A DNA stretch of 63,873 bases, the filler included, from Nitrospinae bacterium RIFCSPLOWO2_12_FULL_45_22 (lineage in GTDB: Bacteria; 2-12-FULL-45-22): NCBI GenBank assembly GCA_001803565.1. It is 6 parts of 6 records of this genome, joined end to end, with 100 filler letters (N's around TTAATTAATTAA, not from the genome) between each part and the next. Parts side by side here need not be neighbours in the genome. Positions count along the whole stretch, not along the records: positions 58,843 to 63,873 come from MHDQ01000252.1; 5 more parts are not named here. One strand, 5' to 3'. How positions within the stretch are numbered: position 1 is the first letter of the stretch; each line of letters starts with the position of its first letter. The notes below the pieces were generated by a model. The model was not told the DNA's origin. It saw only the letters and a program-made list of their open reading frames with translations, and ran no database searches. The position numbers were made by a program, and so were the translations under genes. Of the stretch, positions 58,743 through 63,873 are shown in pieces.

Positions 58743-58842
58743 NNNNNNNNNNNNNNNNNNNNNNNNNNNNNNNNNNNNNNNNNNNNTTAATTAATTAANN
58801 NNNNNNNNNNNNNNNNNNNNNNNNNNNNNNNNNNNNNNNNNN
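58743..58842. other. Artificial contig linker
   Basis: N-run/TTAATTAATTAA/N-run. Confidence 0.97.
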
Positions 58843-58961
58843 CACAGGATACATAAGACAGACTGACCGAGGGATGTCACTCGGCTGTAGTATCATTAGC
58901 GCCGGTTAAATAATATACGGCACCCTCTTTCAGCCCGGGTCTCTCAAACTGTCCAGGAGGA

Positions 58962-59267
58962 TTGGAATTGAAAAAGATACTGACATTAGTCCTTATATTT
59001 GCCCTGATACCTCTGGCTTCAATAAAAGTCCATGCCGACTCTCCGGTGACATCTACACCCTTTTCTGACGCCTACATGGATATTGAGATCGTGAGAAAGG
59101 CGGGTACCGCGGGTGTCCTTGATTCAGAGATGGCAGGATATCTCTCCTCAAAAAAGAACCCCATAGACAAAAGGGCCGCGGTGATTAACGCCCTTTCCTG
59201 GAGATACGGGGGAAAAAGACAAAAATTATCTTGGAGTTTAAACACTTCAGGAAGCGGTTTAACCTGA
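58962..59267 (+). CDS. Secreted hypothetical protein, probably truncated
   Basis: Signal peptide ending VHA-DSP; AGGAGG RBS; C-terminus runs into unrelated sequence. Confidence 0.5.
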   Translation: MELKKILTLVLIFALIPLASIKVHADSPVTSTPFSDAYMDIEIVRKAGTAGVLDSEMAGYLSSKKNPIDKRAAVINALSWRYGGKRQKLSWSLNTSGSGLT

Positions 59268-59919
59268 AAAGAGTAAAAGAGGACATCGCAAAACTCAGCC
59301 TTCTTAAAGAAGTCTGCCCCGAAGGGCGTGCGGTTGTTTTATTCATCGATAACAGACTACTAAAAGAGGAGCACCGAAGAAGTATTGTGTCAGCTCGCAG
59401 CCCCGATGATCCTAATATACGTATTTATGTTTGCACGAATGATAAATCTGGCCAGAAACCTTGGATGCTTCTATGATGATGTTTGATGCTGTCAGGAATC
59501 AACAGGAACTACGATATGCAACATTGGGTTATCAAAAAACGACTAAAAGCAATTCCCATAAGATAGACCACTGGGAAGATTTTTAAAAATTCGGGGGATA
59601 CCTAATTTATCTTATAGCTTTTAAAGTCTAATATGTGTCGAGTTACAGGTTTATTCCCCACTTTTTCTGGGTTAAATTATAAAACTCATCCTGTAATTAT
59701 GTCTACCAATATTTCCAGTCACCTCCTTTCCCTGGGTTTTCACAGTATCACAGGCTTGACCGGAATAGGGAGTATCCCGGATTACAGAGGGGCCGTTGTC
59801 AAAAATCAGATAACTTCAATTGACACAAGAGGTTCTTTTAAGTAATATTTCCATATTATGTTCCCATACTTAGGGGATACTTCTGAATGGTTTATTAAGG
59901 ACATCGAGGAGGTGGTAAA

Positions 59920-60108
59920 ATGGCCGGAGTAAAGGAGCAAGTTATTCATATGATTCAATCTCTTCCTGAGGATTCTACTATTGATGATATTATGGCTGAA
60001 TTGTATTTTAAATTGCAGGTTGATGCAGGCTTGAAAGAGCTGGATGAGGGTAAAGGGATACCACACGAAGAGGTTAAAAAACGGATGTCCAGATGGCTTA
60101 CAAAGTAA
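59920..60108 (+). CDS. Antitoxin of a ParE/RelE pair
   Basis: LPEDSTIDDIMAELYFKLQVDAGLKELDEGKGIPHEEVK. Confidence 0.82.
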   Translation: MAGVKEQVIHMIQSLPEDSTIDDIMAELYFKLQVDAGLKELDEGKGIPHEEVKKRMSRWLTK

Positions 60109-60386
60109 GATGGTCTCCACGGGCTGTTTCTAACCTTGAAGAAATATGCGACTTTATCGCTAAAGATTCCGCACATTACGCCTTCCTTTTTGCAAAGAAA
60201 GTAAATGTCATCATCGAATCTATTCCTCAATTTCCCAAAGCAGGAAGAATTGTTCCAGAATATGGAGATGAGAATCTAAGGGAAAAGATTTATAATAATT
60301 ATAGAATCGTTTATCGCCTTAAAGGAGAAGTTGTGGAGATAGTTGTAATCTGCCATGGGGCCAGACTGTTGGATGATATTATATAA
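60093..60386 (+). CDS. ParE/RelE-family toxin
   Basis: VRWSPRAVSNLEEICDFIAKD, FPKAGRIVPE, YRIVY, ICHGAR. Confidence 0.9.
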   Translation: MAYKVRWSPRAVSNLEEICDFIAKDSAHYAFLFAKKVNVIIESIPQFPKAGRIVPEYGDENLREKIYNNYRIVYRLKGEVVEIVVICHGARLLDDII

Positions 60387-60394
60387 GTTTCTAT

Positions 60395-60574
60395 ATCAAG
60401 TATTTTCTTGCATACGTGGTAAAGGATAAGCGGGTTATCGGCTATGATAACGGGGAGGGTCAGGGGGATCACAGGCACTATGAAGAAAATATAGAGCCAT
60501 ACGAATTTAGATCCGTATGGCAACTGACAGGCGATTTCTTTAAGGATATAGAAAAATACAAAAGGGGAAAATGA
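60395..60574 (+). pseudogene. 5'-truncated DUF6516-family toxin
   Basis: IKYFLAYVVKDKRVIGYDNGEGQGDHRHYEENIEPYEFRSVWQLTGDFFKDI; no N-terminus; stop overlaps the next ATG. Confidence 0.75.
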
Positions 60575-60948
60575 TGAAGCTTAAAAAAGTAAGGATAGGC
60601 ATAAAGGGCGTAAAAGAAGCCCTGGACGACTTTGCAAGGACTGCCGAGGCCATAGAACGGGGCGAGAAGGTGAAGAAGGAAAAAGGTGTCTACNNNNNNN
60701 NNNNNNNNNNNNNNNNNNNNNNNNNNNNNNNNNNNNNNNNNNNNNNNNNNNNNNNNNNNNNNNAGAAGCACCCTAAAAGCCTTCAGGAGTTATCCCGGCT
60801 TGCAAAGAGGGACATAAAGAGCGTTATCACGGATATTGCAATACTGGAGAGCCTTGATCTGGTTGACGTAGAGCGGAAGAAAAAGGGGCGTGGAGAGTCT
60901 ACACCGGAAGTCCATTATGATGCCATAGAGTTATTGGTTGCGGTATAG
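60571..60948 (+). CDS. HVO_A0114-like wHTH protein (antitoxin partner of DUF6516); has an internal N gap
   Basis: HPKSLQELSRLAKRDIKSVITDIAILESLDLV...PEVHYDAIEL. Confidence 0.75.
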   Translation: MMKLKKVRIGIKGVKEALDDFARTAEAIERGEKVKKEKGVYXXXXXXXXXXXXXXXXXXXXXXXXKHPKSLQELSRLAKRDIKSVITDIAILESLDLVDVERKKKGRGESTPEVHYDAIELLVAV

Positions 60949-61098
60949 GTTTTCTTCCTCTATACAAGACCTGAGAGAAATTTCCCTACCGATATAACAT
61001 TCGCCCCATTCTCAAGCCTGTCTACAAAATTTTTTTACTACCTGATAAATGATTTTAACACTTGACATGGCTTGGAGAACAATGCTACTGATTAACCC

Positions 61099-62133
61099 AT
61101 GAAGGCATCTATATTCCGTGAATTTGGCGGGCCGGAGAAGCTGGTCTATGAAGATGTTTCTGTACCTTCTATCGGTCGCGATGAAGTGCTGGTGCGTGTG
61201 CGGGCATGCGCCCTAAACCACCTCGATATCTGGGTACGGCAGGGCATACCAGCATACAAACTAATTCTACCTCACATATCAGGTTGTGATATTTCAGGGG
61301 TTGTAGAATCAGTTGGAGACGATGTTGATATAACCCGGATAAAGCAGGGAGACAGGGTAATCATAGCCCCTGGCCTTAGTTGTTTTAAATGTCCTTATTG
61401 TCTCGCAGGTATGGACAACATCTGTGAAACTTTCCGGATCATTGGTGGTCAGGTGGACGGTGGGTATGCTGAGTATGCAAATGCCCCTNNNNNNNNNNNN
61501 NNNNNNNNNNNNNNTGGTATCTCGTTTGAAGAGGCTGCCGCATTTCCCCTGACATTCGTCACATCATGGCATATGCTGATAGAAAGGGCCAGGCTTGCAC
61601 CAGGAGAGGACGTCCTGATTATCGGGGCAGGAAGCGGGATAGGTTCAGCCGCTGTTCAGATAGCAAAGCTTACCGGCGCCCGTGTTATTGCTACTGGAGG
61701 AGGTGATGAGAAGCTTGAACTTGCGAAGAAGCTTGGTGCAGATGAGATCATCAATCACTCACAGGAGGACTTCTCTCACAGGGTAAAGGAGATTACCAAT
61801 GGCAGGGGGGCGGATGTGGTGTTTGAGCATGTCGGCCCTGCAACCTGGGATAAGAGCATGGCATCACTTGCAAAAAACGGAAGGCTAATAACATGTGGTG
61901 CGACCACAGGCCCTGAGGTAAAAATTGACTTAAGATATGTCTTTATGCGCCAGCAGACGATAATGGGCTCTATAATGGGGACACGCAGGGAGCTGTTGCA
62001 GATAACAAATTTAATAGGTCAGGGGAGGCTTAAACCAGTTATTGATTCAACTTATCCTTTATCTGATGCCCGCAAGGCCCAGGAGCGTATGCTGAACCGC
62101 GAAAATTTTGGCAAGATAATCCTTTTGCCTTAG
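61099..62133 (+). CDS. Zinc-binding alcohol dehydrogenase / quinone oxidoreductase (MDR family)
   Basis: ALNHLDIW, CFKCPYCLAGMDNIC, GAGSGIG, GRLITCGAT, FGKIIL. Confidence 0.92.
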   Translation: MKASIFREFGGPEKLVYEDVSVPSIGRDEVLVRVRACALNHLDIWVRQGIPAYKLILPHISGCDISGVVESVGDDVDITRIKQGDRVIIAPGLSCFKCPYCLAGMDNICETFRIIGGQVDGGYAEYANAPXXXXXXXXXGISFEEAAAFPLTFVTSWHMLIERARLAPGEDVLIIGAGSGIGSAAVQIAKLTGARVIATGGGDEKLELAKKLGADEIINHSQEDFSHRVKEITNGRGADVVFEHVGPATWDKSMASLAKNGRLITCGATTGPEVKIDLRYVFMRQQTIMGSIMGTRRELLQITNLIGQGRLKPVIDSTYPLSDARKAQERMLNRENFGKIILLP

Positions 62134-62193
62134 CTTTCTTGACTCCCTTAGTTGAATTTGTTACTATCCTGTTAAATTTTGAAACCTTGACTT

Positions 62194-63525
62194 ATGGTAG
62201 AGCGTATCATACTTAATTGCATAAGCGATGGTGTCCTTACCATTGACCTGAATGGTAGGATTACGTATGTCAATAAGGCGATGCAGGAGCTTTTAGGATA
62301 CCCGGAAAAGGCCCTTATCGGCAAAAGGTGTGAGAAGTTTGTCCTGAGCAATATATGTGCTACTGATGATTGTATCCTCTGCCGCACGCTTGAGAAGAAG
62401 GAGACGATATCAAACTTTGAGTCTTTTATCACGAATAATGAGGAGCACCGTATACCAGTCAACATAAATACAGACCTCCTCTATGATGATGAAGGGAACC
62501 TGATCGGGATTATAGAGGTCTTCAGGGATATATCCCAGATAAAGGAGCTGAAGGAACGTCTTACAGACCTCTACCAGTTTGACAACATTGTAACGAAGGA
62601 CCGGCGGATGAAGGAGATACTGGCCATACTCCCATCTGTAGCCCAGTCAAAAAGCACAGTGTTAATAGAAGGGGAGAGCGGCACCGGGAAAGAGCTCATA
62701 GCAAAGGCGATCCATAACAACAGCCTGAGAAAGGATAAACCATTTGTGGCTGTAAACTGTGCGGCTATCCCTGAGACCCTTATCGAGAGCGAGCTCTTCG
62801 GGCATGTAAAAGGGGCCTTTACCGGGGCATATCAGGACAGGGTCGGCCGCTTTGAGAGGGCAAATCACGGGATTTTATTCTTAGACGAGATTGCGGATAT
62901 GAGCCTGTCCACACAGGCAAAGCTACTCCGTGTAATCCAGGAGGAGAAGTTTGAGCGGGTAGGTGGTTCAAAGACGATAGAGGTAGATGTGCAGGTTATA
63001 GCTGCTACAAACAAAGGCCTACTTAAGGCAGTGAGAGAGGGAAAGTTCAGGGAAGATCTATACTACAGGATCAGTGTCTTTCCGATTACCTTGCCGCCGT
63101 TACGGGAGCGTAAAGAAGACATCCACCTTCTTATTACACACTTTATAGAAAAATTTAACAAGGAGATGGGGAAATCCATAAACAACATCTCCCCGCAGGC
63201 AATGAATGTCCTGATGAATTATTATTACCCGGGGAATATCCGTGAGTTAAGGAACATTATAGAACATTCCTTTATATGCAGCAGGGGGAATACTATATTA
63301 CCGGAGCACCTCCCCAGGGAATTACTAAAAGAGGAGCAGCGCTTGGAGATTACCGCGGAAAGAGGTTCTCTGAACAGTGTGGAGAAAGAATGGATTTTAA
63401 AGGTGCTTGAAAAGACAGACTGGAAGTACTCAGAGGCGGCAAAGCGGCTGGGGATCAGCAGGACCACCCTCTGGCGGAAAGTAAGGTCTTATGACCTTGG
63501 CGAAGAAAAGAGTCCTGTTCATTAA
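62194..63525 (+). CDS. PAS-domain sigma54-dependent activator (NtrC/Fis family)
   Basis: PAS domain, GESGTGKE, ESELFGH, GAFTGA, FREDLYYR, Fis-type HTH. Confidence 0.95.
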   Translation: MVERIILNCISDGVLTIDLNGRITYVNKAMQELLGYPEKALIGKRCEKFVLSNICATDDCILCRTLEKKETISNFESFITNNEEHRIPVNINTDLLYDDEGNLIGIIEVFRDISQIKELKERLTDLYQFDNIVTKDRRMKEILAILPSVAQSKSTVLIEGESGTGKELIAKAIHNNSLRKDKPFVAVNCAAIPETLIESELFGHVKGAFTGAYQDRVGRFERANHGILFLDEIADMSLSTQAKLLRVIQEEKFERVGGSKTIEVDVQVIAATNKGLLKAVREGKFREDLYYRISVFPITLPPLRERKEDIHLLITHFIEKFNKEMGKSINNISPQAMNVLMNYYYPGNIRELRNIIEHSFICSRGNTILPEHLPRELLKEEQRLEITAERGSLNSVEKEWILKVLEKTDWKYSEAAKRLGISRTTLWRKVRSYDLGEEKSPVH

Positions 63526-63698
63526 TGAAACTTTTTGTCCTGTATTGAAACATTCCCTGAATCGCCGATAATTCCTTCATCATCCTGCCCCAAAAGAATA
63601 AAAAAAATTAAGTTGTTTAATTATGAAACGTTGGCGGTTTTATGTGGTTTATATAACCGCTTGATTTTAAAGAGTTTTTAATTTAGCACGCCTTTTGC
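63517..63698 (+). promoter_or_regulatory. Putative sigma54 promoter region: UAS-like palindromes, IHF site, -24/-12 element
   Basis: TGTTCATTAATGAAAC (63517) and TGTTTAATTATGAAAC (~63614); IHF consensus AATCAAGCGGTTA on the minus strand at 63654-63666; TAGCACGCCTTTTGC at 63684-63698. Confidence 0.55.
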
Positions 63699-63873
63699 TT
63701 TATACAGATAAGTGGACTGGGTGATTTCCAGGAGAACCCCTCATGAGCCAGGGGCTCACAAAGGAGCATGAAAATCAAATATCAAAAATCAAAAATCAAA
63801 AATCAAAATGACAGAGAAAAATTCAAAATTGAGAAATGCTAAGAGATAAATCCTTTTTGCATTTTAAATTACA

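Noticed and set aside
12178-58842. Repeated TTAATTAATTAA flanked by N-runs (five copies)
   Set aside because: Artificial six-frame-stop contig linkers, not a biological repeat. Cross-linker gene neighbourhoods were not interpreted.
59231-59476. Possible PD-(D/E)XK nuclease C-terminal fragment
   Set aside because: Only an ExK-like stub with no start context; insufficient support.
657-63467. Many short antisense or overlapping ORFs in the six-frame track
   Set aside because: They lie opposite or inside well-supported genes and show no motifs.

Overview
The window is six unlinked bacterial contigs, probably from a metagenome-assembled genome, joined by 100-bp N/TTAATTAATTAA/N linkers (contigs 1-12177, 12278-23622, 23723-30005, 30106-52383, 52484-58742, 58843-63873), so synteny holds only within a contig. 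Contig 1 has adenine deaminase, rimI, an AEC transporter and AmrB, then a CoA-linked catabolic cluster: a family III CoA-transferase, an OYE flavoenzyme, two divergent LvaA/LvaB-like kinase-plus-partner pairs, a HAD hydrolase and two unannotated acyl-CoA mutase remnants. Contig 2 looks like a phage satellite or integrative element: XRE, a frameshifted Cro-like gene, a DUF3987 replication protein, an inverted iteron origin candidate, TerS-like and Xis-like genes, a RelE TA pair, a large beta-helix/FN3 surface protein, and a 100-bp MITE carrying tandem NrdR-box-like sites. Contigs 3-4 are mostly housekeeping (nrdR, rpiB, metK, prs, tilS, secA, large SRP RNA, dnaX-ybaB-recR, sugar-nucleotide genes, MsbA-like ABC), with MITEs and short tandem palindromes. 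An islet between secA and the SRP RNA encodes an apparently circularly permuted Hsp70-like ATPase fused to an unknown domain; this is the most unusual protein here. Contig 5 is an integron cassette array (five attC-like sites; GmrSD, HEPN-like, Zn-ribbon/PIN-like and orphan cassettes) ending in an IS1380-family element. Contig 6 has TA loci, a Zn-dependent dehydrogenase and a sigma54 activator with its downstream promoter. All calls come from reading motifs by eye; no database searches were run.
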